Below are positions 45,205-54,527 of a stretch of DNA of 64,000 nt, piece by piece. A program made the position numbers and the translations under genes. Source of the stretch: Candidatus Fraserbacteria bacterium. Its GTDB lineage: Bacteria > Bipolaricaulota > Bipolaricaulia > RBG-16-55-9 > DRXL01. The stretch spans positions 34,839 through 98,838 of the forward strand of contig CAMTVK010000006.1 of the NCBI GenBank assembly GCA_947085185.1, read 5' to 3'. Position 1 is the stretch's first letter; each line of letters starts with the position of its first letter. Under the pieces are notes generated by a model. It saw only the letters and a list, made by a program, of their open reading frames with translations, was not told the DNA's origin and did not search any database.

Positions 45205-45695
45205 AGAAGCTTGCGCATCTGGACGCGCAAGGTCGTGCGCGCATGGTGGACGTCAGCGCTAAACCCGCCACCAAGCGCGTCGCCATTGCTTACGGCGCGA
45301 TCTCTATGTCTCCCAAGACGCTGCAGCTCATTGTCTCTGAAAGAGTGGCCAAGGGCGACGTTCTCACAGTGGCCAAGATTGCAGGGATTACTGGGGCGAA
45401 GAGGACAGCAGAGTTGATCCCCCTCTGTCATCCCATCCCGCTCGATTCCATAGATGTAGAATTTCAGGCCGACCTTCAAGAGGGCCGGCTCACCGTGACC
45501 GCGACAGCCACCAGCACGAGCAAGACCGGTGTGGAGATGGAGGCGCTGACGGCCTGCGCTGTGGCTTTGCTTACGATCTACGATATGTGTAAGTCTGCCG
45601 AACGCGGCATGACCATCGAAAAGATTTTTTTGGTGGAGAAGCGTGGCGGGCGCTCCGGCGTGTGGAAACGCCCGGGCTTTCGCAATAAGACTTGA
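45201..45695 (+). CDS. moaC: Cyclic pyranopterin monophosphate synthase
   Basis: MVDVSAKP...TGVEMEALTA...IEKIFLVEKRGG MoaC signature. MKKLAHLD start overlaps the upstream stop. Confidence 0.9.
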   Translation: MKKLAHLDAQGRARMVDVSAKPATKRVAIAYGAISMSPKTLQLIVSERVAKGDVLTVAKIAGITGAKRTAELIPLCHPIPLDSIDVEFQADLQEGRLTVTATATSTSKTGVEMEALTACAVALLTIYDMCKSAERGMTIEKIFLVEKRGGRSGVWKRPGFRNKT

Positions 45696-45725
45696 AAGCT
45701 GAGAGGGAGGCACTGAAAAATTGGG

Positions 45726-46301
45726 TTATGGCTGGGGCTCGGCCGCTGGCAACACCGCCTCCAGCCAGCCGATCCCGCGGAGCTCTTCTGTGATCGTCAG
45801 CACGCGCTCGCGGCTCTCAAGAATGCGCTCGAGAAACCTCCGCAGGAGCGGCCGCACTTCTTCTGGATCGCCAGAAGTCGAAAATTGCAGGGCAAGCGAG
45901 GCATTCATCTTGACGCCGCCCACCTCTTTGAAGAGTCTTTCTAAAAGACTGCAAAGCCGCTCGTGCTCGGCGCGATTCGAAGCGTTAGGCCGCAGCCGCC
46001 CTGACTGACAGATCCGCCCTCGATAATCTGCGAAAAGGTGCTCGTACTGCTCGGCGAGCTCGAATGCGAACGCGAAGTTCTCTTTGCGCAGGCAGATGGC
46101 TTCATCGCGGCAGTTGAGGTCCTCTTTTAGGCCCCGCAAAAGAAAGGCCAAGCCGGGGTCGAGAGTCCCTGGTTGTCCTCGCAGAACTTGTAAAACGCCC
46201 TCGCGATACGCCGCGGTAGAAAAAAAGGCCCCGCGTGTTAGCCACAGCCCTAAACCCATTAATATGACTAAAATCAGCAGCCACCACCAACTCCTTCGCA
46301 T
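45726..46301 (-). CDS. Hypothetical membrane-anchored protein
   Basis: N-terminal TM (WWWLLILVILMGLGLWL) then ~165 aa soluble domain. No recognised motif. Confidence 0.4.
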   Translation of the reverse strand: MRRSWWWLLILVILMGLGLWLTRGAFFSTAAYREGVLQVLRGQPGTLDPGLAFLLRGLKEDLNCRDEAICLRKENFAFAFELAEQYEHLFADYRGRICQSGRLRPNASNRAEHERLCSLLERLFKEVGGVKMNASLALQFSTSGDPEEVRPLLRRFLERILESRERVLTITEELRGIGWLEAVLPAAEPQP

Positions 46302-46484
46302 AAGGCCCTCCCCTTGACAAACTTCCTCATTCGCTGTATAGTAATCTTAACCAAAAAGAGGTCCTAACTCAACGCAGCCATCGCGAAAGGGAGGTGATGT
46401 TATCCGCAAGATCAGCTGAGTGCAAGTGCGGCGGAGCCGGTTGCAGGTGTAAAGCGTAATTCTCTACAAAAGGAGGTAGGGGGA

Positions 46485-48539
46485 ATGAAAACAATATGGC
46501 GATGGGGAGCTTTGGCTCTAAGTTTGCTTTTAGTTTTTGGCGCGTCGGCGCAACCACCGGTCAAGAATCCGGACACATATATTGAGGCCACCATCGGTGA
46601 CGTCGTGTCGCTCGACCCGGCGTGGCACTACGACACGGCCTCAGCCACGGCGATCTTCAACATCTACGAGACGTTGCTCTTCTACGACGGCGACAAGATC
46701 GACAAATTCGTGCCCGTGCTGGCCGAAAGTTGGACAGTCTCTCCAGACGGCAGTGCCTACACTTTTAAGATCCGTAAGGGGATCAAGTTCCACGAGGGCG
46801 GGGACTTAACAGCAGAGGACGTGGCTTACAGCTTCCAGCGGGCGCTTCTGCAGGACAGAAGCGGCGGCCCCATCCACATGCTCCTTGAGCCGGTGCTGGA
46901 CGTGTACTCCATTGACGAATTGGCCAAGAAGGTCGGCGATCTGAAGGCCTGCCAGATGGTGCTGGAGGCGGCTACAGTGAAGGGAGACGAGGTCACCTTC
47001 AAGCTGGCCTTCCCCTTCCCGCCCTTCCTGCAAATTTTGGCCGGGAGCTGGATGTCAATTCTAGACAAGGAATGGGTGATCGCCAAGGGCGGCTGGGACG
47101 GCAAGTGCGACAACTGGCGCAAGTGGTGGGACCCCAAGCAAGAGGCCTCGGAGCTCTTCAAGATTGCCAACGGCACCGGACCCTATAAGCTGTCGCGCTG
47201 GGATCCGGGCAAAGAGATCATCTTCGAGCGCAACGACGCCTACTGGCGAGGTCCGGCCAAGCTGAAGAACCTCATAATCAAGGTCGTGCCGGAGTGGGGC
47301 ACGCGGCTGGCGATGTTCGAGGCCGGAGATGCCGACTCGATCACTGTGCCTCGACCATTCGTCGCAGCGATGAAGCCGCTGGTGGACAGAGGCGCGGCTC
47401 GCCTCTACGGCCCGCTGCCGGGAGCGACCGCGCAGTCCGGCTTCATCAACTTCAAGGTCAAGGAGGGCAGCCCTTACATGCCCAAGCTTGGGGGCAAGGA
47501 CACGCCCGATCTGCTAAACGACCTCAGCCTGAGAAGGGCCCTCAACTACTGCTTCGACGTCGGAACGTATATTAAGGAATCCTGGCTTGGAGAGGCGGAG
47601 CAGCTACGTGGGCCGATCATCAAGGGCCGTCTGGGCTACAACCCCGCACAGCCGGTCTATGAGTTCAGCCTGGCCAAGTGTGAGGAGGAGCTGAAGAAGG
47701 CTTGGGACGGCAAGGTCTGGGCCGATGGCATGCGCCTCGTCTTCACCTTTAACGTGGGGAACATCCCGCGCCGGTTCGCCGCGGAGATGTTGGAGCGCCA
47801 TATCGAAGACATGAACAAGAAGCGGCCTGGTAGGCCGATCTTCTCAATAGATGTGCTCGACCTGCCCTGGCCGACCTATCTCAAAGCGATGGAGGCCGGT
47901 GAGTTGGCGGTCTTCTGGGTCGGCTGGCTGGAGGACTACGCACACCCCCATAACTGGGTCCACCCCTACATGTTCCGGACCGGGGCCTTCGCGGTGGGCC
48001 AGAACTTCCACACCACCAAGGACGTGGAGTTCAAGCCGGTCTACGCCACCTTCCTAGAGGCCAAGAAGTACCCGACCCTTCAGGACCTCTTCGACGATCT
48101 GGTAGTGAAGGCCAAGAAGGAGCCGGACCAGAGAGTAGGCGGCAGAGCCGAGAAGATCTACTTCGAGCTCAATCGCCTGGCCATCGAGTATGCCATCAAT
48201 ATCCAGTCGATCCAGCTCTGGACCCGCCGCTACGAGCAGCCGTGGGTGCTGGGCTGGTTCTACAACGTGGCTTACCCGGGCACCTACGTCTACTGGCTGT
48301 GGAAGGAGATGCCGAAGGTTAAGGAGTTCAAGGAGCCCGGAAGCTTCGACATCGATGTGCCCGGTGGCCAGACGCTGTGGGTGTACAACCTCGGCCCCGG
48401 CAAGGCCACCCTTACTATAGGCGCTGAGAGCTTCCCGCTCGATCCGCAGGGGAACTCTGTCAACAGATTCTTCCCGGCCGCAGGCAAGGCAATCGTCAAG
48501 GCCGAGGCAGCCACAACGATCCAGTACGGAACGAAGTGA
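46485..48539 (+). CDS. ABC transporter substrate-binding protein, family 5 (peptide/nickel/opine type)
   Basis: Signal peptide. SBP_bac_5 architecture (TLLFYDGDKIDKFVPVLAESW...). 684 aa with C-terminal extension. Strong RBS AAAGGAGGT. Confidence 0.85.
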   Translation: MKTIWRWGALALSLLLVFGASAQPPVKNPDTYIEATIGDVVSLDPAWHYDTASATAIFNIYETLLFYDGDKIDKFVPVLAESWTVSPDGSAYTFKIRKGIKFHEGGDLTAEDVAYSFQRALLQDRSGGPIHMLLEPVLDVYSIDELAKKVGDLKACQMVLEAATVKGDEVTFKLAFPFPPFLQILAGSWMSILDKEWVIAKGGWDGKCDNWRKWWDPKQEASELFKIANGTGPYKLSRWDPGKEIIFERNDAYWRGPAKLKNLIIKVVPEWGTRLAMFEAGDADSITVPRPFVAAMKPLVDRGAARLYGPLPGATAQSGFINFKVKEGSPYMPKLGGKDTPDLLNDLSLRRALNYCFDVGTYIKESWLGEAEQLRGPIIKGRLGYNPAQPVYEFSLAKCEEELKKAWDGKVWADGMRLVFTFNVGNIPRRFAAEMLERHIEDMNKKRPGRPIFSIDVLDLPWPTYLKAMEAGELAVFWVGWLEDYAHPHNWVHPYMFRTGAFAVGQNFHTTKDVEFKPVYATFLEAKKYPTLQDLFDDLVVKAKKEPDQRVGGRAEKIYFELNRLAIEYAINIQSIQLWTRRYEQPWVLGWFYNVAYPGTYVYWLWKEMPKVKEFKEPGSFDIDVPGGQTLWVYNLGPGKATLTIGAESFPLDPQGNSVNRFFPAAGKAIVKAEAATTIQYGTK

Positions 48540-48549
48540 GCCGTCTTGG

Positions 48550-48602
48550 GACAAGGCAGGGGGCGGGGCACTCTCCCCCCGTCCCCTATCCTTGTCTTTT
48601 TC
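48550..48602 (+). terminator. Rho-independent terminator after the SBP gene
   Basis: GACAAGG-CAGGGGGCGGGG-loop-CCCCCCGTCCCC-CCTTGTC hairpin followed by a TTTTT tract. Confidence 0.55.
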
Positions 48603-48634
48603 ACCCGCCTGCACTATAGTTCAAGGGATAGCAG

Positions 48635-49663
48635 ATGCTCGCGTATATCATGCGCCGGTTGCTGATGCTCCCCGTGCTACTGCTCGGCGTGACGATCTTC
48701 GTCTTTGCGATCTTCTCGCTGCTGAGCCCCGAGATGCGGGCCAGCCTCTACTTACAAGATGTGCCGAAGACCCCAGAAGCGATGGAGCGGATCATCAAAA
48801 AGTATGGGCTCGATCAGCCGATTCACATCCAATATTGGATGTGGCTCAATCAAATCGTGCGAGGTGACTTCGGCTGGTCACAGACGGCCCAGCGGCCTGT
48901 CACTGAAGCCTTACTCTATTATCTTCCCGCTACTCTAGAGCTCTCGCTCTGGGCGATGCTGCCCGTCATTTTAGTGGGCATCTGGCTGGGGATCCTCTCG
49001 GCCGTCCACCAGAACAGACTTATCGATCAGGCGTTGCGCGTCTTTGCACTTATCGGTTGGTCATTTCCAACTTTCGTCTTCGGGCTCCTGATGCTGATGT
49101 ATTTCTATGCCAAGCTGCAGTGGTTCCCCGCCGGCCAGATCTCTGATTGGGTCACACGGGAGGTCATTGCTGGCACCTTTGTGCGCTACACCCAGATGTA
49201 CACGCTAGATGCCCTGCTCAACGGGCGGCTGGACGTCTTCTGGGACTCCCTGCGCCATCTTATTCTGCCCGTGATCACGCTTTCTTATGTGCAGTGGGCG
49301 CTGCTTTTGCGCGTGACCCGATCTTCGATGTTAGAGACCCTGCGCCAGGAGTACATTATGACCGCGCGGGCCAAGGGCCTGAAAGAGAGCGTTGTCATTA
49401 ATAAACATGCCGCCCGCAATGCGATGATCCCTGTGGCCACGATGGGCGGGCTGTTACTGATCGGCCTGCTCAACGGCGTTGTGATCACTGAAACGATCTT
49501 TAACTACCCAGGGATCGGCCGCTGGGCGGCCGAGGCCGCGATCCGGCTGGACATCTTGGGCATAGTGGGCTTCACGCTCTTCAACGGCCTCTTGCTCGTC
49601 GTGGGCAACTTAATCGTAGATGTGCTCTACGCTTTTATTGATCCCCGGGTGAGGCTGGAATGA
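48635..49663 (+). CDS. ABC transporter permease (DppB/OppB-like)
   Basis: MRRLLMLPVLLLGVTIFVF N-terminus and EAA-loop region (YIMTARAKGLKESVVINKHAARNA). Confidence 0.85.
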   Translation: MLAYIMRRLLMLPVLLLGVTIFVFAIFSLLSPEMRASLYLQDVPKTPEAMERIIKKYGLDQPIHIQYWMWLNQIVRGDFGWSQTAQRPVTEALLYYLPATLELSLWAMLPVILVGIWLGILSAVHQNRLIDQALRVFALIGWSFPTFVFGLLMLMYFYAKLQWFPAGQISDWVTREVIAGTFVRYTQMYTLDALLNGRLDVFWDSLRHLILPVITLSYVQWALLLRVTRSSMLETLRQEYIMTARAKGLKESVVINKHAARNAMIPVATMGGLLLIGLLNGVVITETIFNYPGIGRWAAEAAIRLDILGIVGFTLFNGLLLVVGNLIVDVLYAFIDPRVRLE

Positions 49664-50589
49664 AAATACTCAAGCGCTTGTTGAAGAATCCGCTCTCTAT
49701 GACCGGCTTGGTTTTGGTCTTCTTCTTCGCGGCTGTGGCCATCGCCGCGCCCTGGCTGGCCCCGCCGGATAACCCTGATGAGCCCTATCGCATCACCCGC
49801 TGCGGCTACACCCATATGCCCCAGCCGCCCAAAGTTGATAATCCTTTGGAGGGGATCTGGAAGATCATCACCAGACAGGCCCATATCTGTGAGGTCAATC
49901 CCTTCGGCCTCATCCAAAGTCGCGACATCTACTACGGGGTTGTGTGGGGGACGCGCACGGCCTTCTTCGTGGGGCTGGTCATTACGGGATTAAATGTCTT
50001 GATCGGCTTACTTATCGGCTCGATCGGGGCTTACTTCGGCCGCTGGGTGGATGAGCTCTTGATGCGTATCACCGATATCTTTCTAGCCTTCCCCTTCCTC
50101 GTGGCGGCCATCACTTTGGCTGCCGTGCTGCAACCCACGATAGGCCGTGGGTTGATCACCGCCATGATCGCATTGATCGCCTTCGGCTGGATGAGCTACG
50201 CGCGACTCATCCGCGGGGATATCCTTTCTTTGAAAGAAAGGGACTACGTCTTGGCGGCCCGTGCCTTGGGGGCCCCTCATCACCGCATCATGCTGCGGCA
50301 CATCATCCCAAACGCGATCTACCCCACCCTGGTCGTCGGCTCGATGGACATCGGTTCTTATGTGTTGAGCTTTGCAGCGTTAAGTTTTTTGGGCCTGGGA
50401 GCTGAAGTGGGTTACGCCGACTGGGGACAGATGATCTCTTTTGCCCGCGACTGGATCCCCAGGCTCAGCGATTACTGGTACATTGTTGTTTACCCCGGCA
50501 TGGCTATATTATTATTTGTGCTCGGCTGGAATTTGATAGGCGATGCCTTCAGAGATATTCTCGACCCGCGCCTGCGGGGGCGTGTCTAA
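49660..50589 (+). CDS. ABC transporter permease (DppC/OppC-like)
   Basis: Six TM helices. EAA motif LAARALGAPHHRIMLRHIIPN. Translationally coupled to the upstream permease. Confidence 0.85.
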   Translation: MKILKRLLKNPLSMTGLVLVFFFAAVAIAAPWLAPPDNPDEPYRITRCGYTHMPQPPKVDNPLEGIWKIITRQAHICEVNPFGLIQSRDIYYGVVWGTRTAFFVGLVITGLNVLIGLLIGSIGAYFGRWVDELLMRITDIFLAFPFLVAAITLAAVLQPTIGRGLITAMIALIAFGWMSYARLIRGDILSLKERDYVLAARALGAPHHRIMLRHIIPNAIYPTLVVGSMDIGSYVLSFAALSFLGLGAEVGYADWGQMISFARDWIPRLSDYWYIVVYPGMAILLFVLGWNLIGDAFRDILDPRLRGRV

Positions 50590-50590
50590 G

Positions 50591-50788
50591 CTATTCTTTC
50601 TTCTCTTCGAGGGCGATGATCTCCATCCCGTTGTAGTACCCGCAGTTGAGACAGACGCGATGGGGGAGCTTGGGCTCATGACAGCGCGGGCATTCGTTGA
50701 TCGTGACCGGAGTAAATTTATAGCTGGCCGCACGATGCATGCGCTTCTGTGAACTCGATCGTCTGTACTTTGGTTGTCCCTGACCCAT
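50591..50788 (-). CDS. rpmF: 50S ribosomal protein L32
   Basis: 65 aa with a basic N-terminus (PKYRRSSSQKRMHRA) and zinc ribbon CPRCHEPKLPHRVCLNCGYY. Confidence 0.85.
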   Translation of the reverse strand: MGQGQPKYRRSSSQKRMHRAASYKFTPVTINECPRCHEPKLPHRVCLNCGYYNGMEIIALEEKKE

Positions 50789-50826
50789 ATAAAAACTCCT
50801 TCTCGATGAGAATCACGGAAAACTGC

Positions 50827-50872
50827 TTTTCCCCGTGCTCTCCGTGGGCTCATTCCGTGCCTTCCGTGATTC
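50827..50872 (-). repeat. Copy 2 of ~45-nt CACGGA-hexamer array element (minus-strand sense TGAATCACGGAAGGCACGGAATGAGCCCACGGAGAGCACGGGGAAAAG)
   Basis: Lies between the dtd stop and the rpmF start, in the same orientation relative to the downstream gene as copy 1. An 11-nt perfect inverted partner (GAATCACGGAA) sits ~45 nt further on. Confidence 0.5.
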
Positions 50873-50880
50873 AGATTCTA

Positions 50881-51345
50881 TCAAATTGGATTCGTCTTTG
50901 CAACCGGCGGGCTCTCGAGGATGAACGTCACTGGGCCGTCGTTGACTAAAGAGACCTTCATGCGTGCCCCAAAGATCCCGGATTCGACCTTCACCCCACC
51001 GCGACGGAGCTCTTGCAAGAAGAGCTCATAGAGCACGCGGGCGTGCTCTGGAGGCGCTGCCGCGTCGAAGCTGGGGCGCCGCCCTTTGAGCGTACTGCCA
51101 TAGAGCGTAAACTGCGAGATGACTAAGATCTCGCCCTGCACGTCTTTGACGGAGCGATTCATCTTGCCCGCGGCGTCCTCGAAGATCCTCAGCCCCACAA
51201 CTCGATCGGCCAAGAAGATCGCATCGTGCTCAGAATCGCCCTTGCCCACCCCAAGAAAGACTAAGAGCCCTGGGCCAATCTGCCCCACAATGCTCCCGTC
51301 AATCTCTACAGACGCTGCCTTGACGCGCTGCAGTACAAGGCGCAT
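50881..51345 (-). CDS. dtd: D-aminoacyl-tRNA deacylase
   Basis: MRLVLQRV...SQFTLYG...NDGPVT, the canonical Dtd motifs. 154 aa. Confidence 0.9.
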   Translation of the reverse strand: MRLVLQRVKAASVEIDGSIVGQIGPGLLVFLGVGKGDSEHDAIFLADRVVGLRIFEDAAGKMNRSVKDVQGEILVISQFTLYGSTLKGRRPSFDAAAPPEHARVLYELFLQELRRGGVKVESGIFGARMKVSLVNDGPVTFILESPPVAKTNPI

Positions 51346-51350
51346 GAGAT

Positions 51351-51863
51351 CTATTGAGATGCAGCTCCGTTGGAGCTCCCCATCACGAACCCCAAAATGA
51401 AAGCAGCAAGGCCCACCAATAGGATAGCTCCAACATCAGTTTTGTAAGCGTCTTCGCTTTCGAGTTTCTTAGATATATTGTAAAAATCACGAGCTTCTTC
51501 GCTGGTGAGCAGCTCGCCCTGCTGAGTGCGAGCGACATAAGTCTTGAGACGCTCCAACTCGGCTTGGGAAATTGGATTGCCAGGTTTGACTCGGCTCAAA
51601 AGCTGATTGATCGCGTCTTGATGAGAAAACTCTTGATAAGGCCTGTTGATGGCTTGTATCTCGGCAGATGTGAATAGTTTCTTTGTAGAGAGTATGTTAA
51701 GGAGTATGCCATAGGAGTTCATTTGCGCTTGAATACTCTTTAAGCCGTTGGCAAGGTCAGCCTGGAGAGAGCCGAGCTTGCGCCCTATCCCAACCCAGAG
51801 CGTGATAAACCCTAAAAAGAGTAAGCCCAAGTTTACCAAAGTCAGTATTTCATTGAGCTCCAT
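51351..51863 (-). CDS. Hypothetical protein with N- and C-terminal TM helices
   Basis: [23 protein letters not shown]...central soluble coiled region...[19 protein letters not shown]. Internal ATG chosen so as not to overlap the divergent gpmI start. Confidence 0.4.
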   Translation of the reverse strand: MELNEILTLVNLGLLFLGFITLWVGIGRKLGSLQADLANGLKSIQAQMNSYGILLNILSTKKLFTSAEIQAINRPYQEFSHQDAINQLLSRVKPGNPISQAELERLKTYVARTQQGELLTSEEARDFYNISKKLESEDAYKTDVGAILLVGLAAFILGFVMGSSNGAASQ

Positions 51864-51948
51864 AGATCCTCCAGCAATCAATAGTTTGCCCAATTTGCCT
51901 GAGAAAGTCAAGCTTGCAGACACTCGCTCTGAGGCTCTATAATAAGCT

Positions 51949-53457
51949 ATGCCCAAGCGCCCGTATGTGCTCGTCATTCTCGATGGCTGGGGGATGCGCA
52001 CAGAGCCCCAAGGGAATGCGATCGCCGCCGCGAAGACCCCAAATTTCACGCGCTACTGGCGGAGCTGCCCCCATACCCTCGTGCGCACCGATGGACGTTT
52101 CGTGGGGCTGCCTGACGGCCAGTTTGGCAACTCCGAAGTCGGCCATCAGAATCTGGGCGCTGGACGCATCGTCTTCCAGACTTCAACGCGCATCTCCAAG
52201 GCGATCGCCGATGGGAGCTTCTTCACCAATAGAGCCCTCTTGGGCGCTCTCGCGCACGCGTCCCGACTCCATCTGATGGGGCTGGTCAGCGACGGCGGTG
52301 TGCATAGCTGCTTAGACCATCTCTTTGCCCTGATAGAATTGGCTCGGCGCGAACACGTCTACGCTCTTTATATTCACGCGTTCCTAGACGGGCGCGACAC
52401 CCCCCCGACCTCCGGAGCTCGCTATGTCCAGCGAGTGCGCGAGGTCTGTGCACAAAGAGGGGTCGGACAGATCGCAACGATCATGGGCCGATATTGGGCC
52501 ATGGATCGTGACAATCGCTGGGAGCGCACCGAGAGAGCATATCGCGCTCTGCGCTTCGCCGAAGGGCACTGTGATCCAGGACCCCCAGAAGATGCCGTCG
52601 CACGAGCCTATCAGCGCGGTGAAACCGATGAGTTCCTCCAGCCCATCATCCTCGATCCTGAAGGGGCCATTCGTGACGGCGATGCCGTCATCTTCTTTAA
52701 CTTTCGTCCCGACAGAGCTCGCCAGATCACCCGCGCCTTCACGGAGAAAGACTTTGCGCACTTCCAGCGCGGGCCGTGCCCCAATATAGAGTTCGTCACG
52801 CTCACCCAGTACGATCAAAGCTTTTCTGTGCCAGCAGCATTCCCCACCGAAGAGCCCCTTAAGAATATCTTCGCTGAGGTGCTCAGCCGCGCCGGGCTGA
52901 CGCAGTTTCGTATTGCCGAAACAGAAAAATACGCGCACGTCACGTATTTTTTTAATAACGGGCGCGAAGCTCCCTTCCCCGGCGAAGACCGAAAACTCAT
53001 CCCCTCGCCCAAAGTCGCTACCTACGATCTCAAGCCGGAGATGTCCGCGTATGCAGTGACCGACGAAGCTATCAAACGGATCACAAGCTGTCGCTATGAT
53101 TTTGTTCTGATCAACTATGCCAATCCCGATATGGTGGGGCACACCGGGGTCTTTGAAGCAGCCGTCAGAGCCGTCGAAGCCGTTGACGAATCTCTTGGGC
53201 GTGTGGTCGAAGCGACCCTCTCTGTCAACGGAGAGATTTTAGTGACGGCCGATCACGGGAATGCGGATATTATGCGAGACGAGCAGGGCCAACCGCACAC
53301 GGCGCACACGCACAGCCCCGGCCCACTTATTTATATTGGGCCACGCGCTGTAAAATTCTCTGACGGTGGAGCGCTCTGCGACATCGCCCCAACTCTCTTA
53401 GAGCTTATGGGACTTGAACACCCACAAGAGATGACCGGGCGGAGTTTGATAGAATAA
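51949..53457 (+). CDS. gpmI: 2,3-bisphosphoglycerate-independent phosphoglycerate mutase
   Basis: VLVILDGWG, catalytic Ser region (NSEVGHQNLGAGR) and ADHGNAD. 502 aa. Confidence 0.95.
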   Translation: MPKRPYVLVILDGWGMRTEPQGNAIAAAKTPNFTRYWRSCPHTLVRTDGRFVGLPDGQFGNSEVGHQNLGAGRIVFQTSTRISKAIADGSFFTNRALLGALAHASRLHLMGLVSDGGVHSCLDHLFALIELARREHVYALYIHAFLDGRDTPPTSGARYVQRVREVCAQRGVGQIATIMGRYWAMDRDNRWERTERAYRALRFAEGHCDPGPPEDAVARAYQRGETDEFLQPIILDPEGAIRDGDAVIFFNFRPDRARQITRAFTEKDFAHFQRGPCPNIEFVTLTQYDQSFSVPAAFPTEEPLKNIFAEVLSRAGLTQFRIAETEKYAHVTYFFNNGREAPFPGEDRKLIPSPKVATYDLKPEMSAYAVTDEAIKRITSCRYDFVLINYANPDMVGHTGVFEAAVRAVEAVDESLGRVVEATLSVNGEILVTADHGNADIMRDEQGQPHTAHTHSPGPLIYIGPRAVKFSDGGALCDIAPTLLELMGLEHPQEMTGRSLIE

Positions 53458-53462
53458 CGCAT

Positions 53463-53822
53463 ATGGCAGAGCTCAAACGCATCAGTGGTGAGCTAGGGGA
53501 TATTTATATCTCGGAGCGGGCCATCGCGCAGATCTGCGCGAAGGTCATCAGCGAGCAAGAGGGCTTGCGCACGCCGCGCCAGGTCCGCGAAAGCTCTGGG
53601 CTGTTGAGCACCATTGCTCAAGCCATCAAGGGCGATGGCATCGAGGTGCTCAAAGAAGACGGGCGTATGATCATTAAAATGTCGCTCTTTGCTGTGTATG
53701 GCGCGCGCATCCAAGAAGCTGCTCGCAAAGCGATCAAAGAAGTGAAAGCTCGGGTGCGCGAGCTGGCCGGCCTAGAGATCGACGACGTCGTCATAGAGAT
53801 CACCGGGATCGTCAAAGAGTGA
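53463..53822 (+). CDS. Asp23/Gls24-family envelope stress protein
   Basis: 119 aa matching the Asp23 (DUF322) pattern (ISERAIAQICAKVISE...VVIEITGI). Confidence 0.7.
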   Translation: MAELKRISGELGDIYISERAIAQICAKVISEQEGLRTPRQVRESSGLLSTIAQAIKGDGIEVLKEDGRMIIKMSLFAVYGARIQEAARKAIKEVKARVRELAGLEIDDVVIEITGIVKE

Positions 53823-53825
53823 GCG

Positions 53826-54527
53826 ATGCGTCCCGACGAAGTCGCCCGGATGTTCTCCCGAATTGCTCATCGCTACGACAGAGCCAATCATATTCTGAGC
53901 TTCAATCGCGACCGGGCGTGGCGCAGAGTATTAGTCCAGCAGGCCGCGCCCAAAGCCGGGGAACGGCTCTTAGATCTATGCACCGGCACGGGGGACGTCG
54001 CCATCGAGTTTGCCAGGGCGTGCCAAGACCTTCAGATCGTGGGGCTGGATCTCTCGGAAGAGATGCTCCGCGTCGCTCAAGAGAAGCTCACCCGGCTGAG
54101 CTTAGATCATCGGGTGCAGCTTATGTTGGGGAATGCGCTCGAGCTTCCGTTTGCTGAGAGCTCTTTTGACATCGTGACCATAGCGTTTGGCTTGCGCAAC
54201 CTGCCGGAGCGGGCCCGAGGGCTCCAGGAGATCTATCGAGTGCTCTCTGCTGGTGGGCGGGTGTTCATCGTAGAATTTTCTCTTCCCCAAAGCTCTCTTG
54301 TGCGCTGGGTCTATCTTCCGTATTTGCGATATTGTGTGCCTTGGGTGGGGAAGATGCTGTCGGGGTCGCGCGCTCCTTATGAGTATCTGCGCGATTCTAT
54401 TCTAAACTTTCCCGATCGCGCCACAATTCTCGAAGAGCTTTACGAAGTGGGCTTTCGTCCTGTGGGGTATCGCGATGTGACTTTTGGGATCGCTACGCTC
54501 TACTGGGGCGGGAAGGCCAGTTGCTGA
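53826..54527 (+). CDS. Class I SAM-dependent methyltransferase of the UbiE/MenG (demethylmenaquinone/ubiquinone C-methyltransferase) family
   Basis: MFSRIAHRYDRANHILSF N-terminus typical of UbiE/COQ5; SAM motif LDLCTGTGDV; ~233 aa. Confidence 0.7.
   Translation: MRPDEVARMFSRIAHRYDRANHILSFNRDRAWRRVLVQQAAPKAGERLLDLCTGTGDVAIEFARACQDLQIVGLDLSEEMLRVAQEKLTRLSLDHRVQLMLGNALELPFAESSFDIVTIAFGLRNLPERARGLQEIYRVLSAGGRVFIVEFSLPQSSLVRWVYLPYLRYCVPWVGKMLSGSRAPYEYLRDSILNFPDRATILEELYEVGFRPVGYRDVTFGIATLYWGGKASC

Noticed and set aside
46320-46484. Possible riboswitch or structured leader upstream of the first SBP gene (nickel/peptide importer)
   Set aside because: Some stem-loop potential, but I could not match the sequence to any riboswitch consensus I know (NiCo, cobalamin, glycine, etc.). 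Left unannotated.
50512-50853. 113-aa minus-strand ORF starting inside the CACGGA-array element
   Set aside because: Overlaps rpmF out of frame for its whole length with a low-complexity translation. Its ATG is part of the repeat element, and the conservation is at DNA level.
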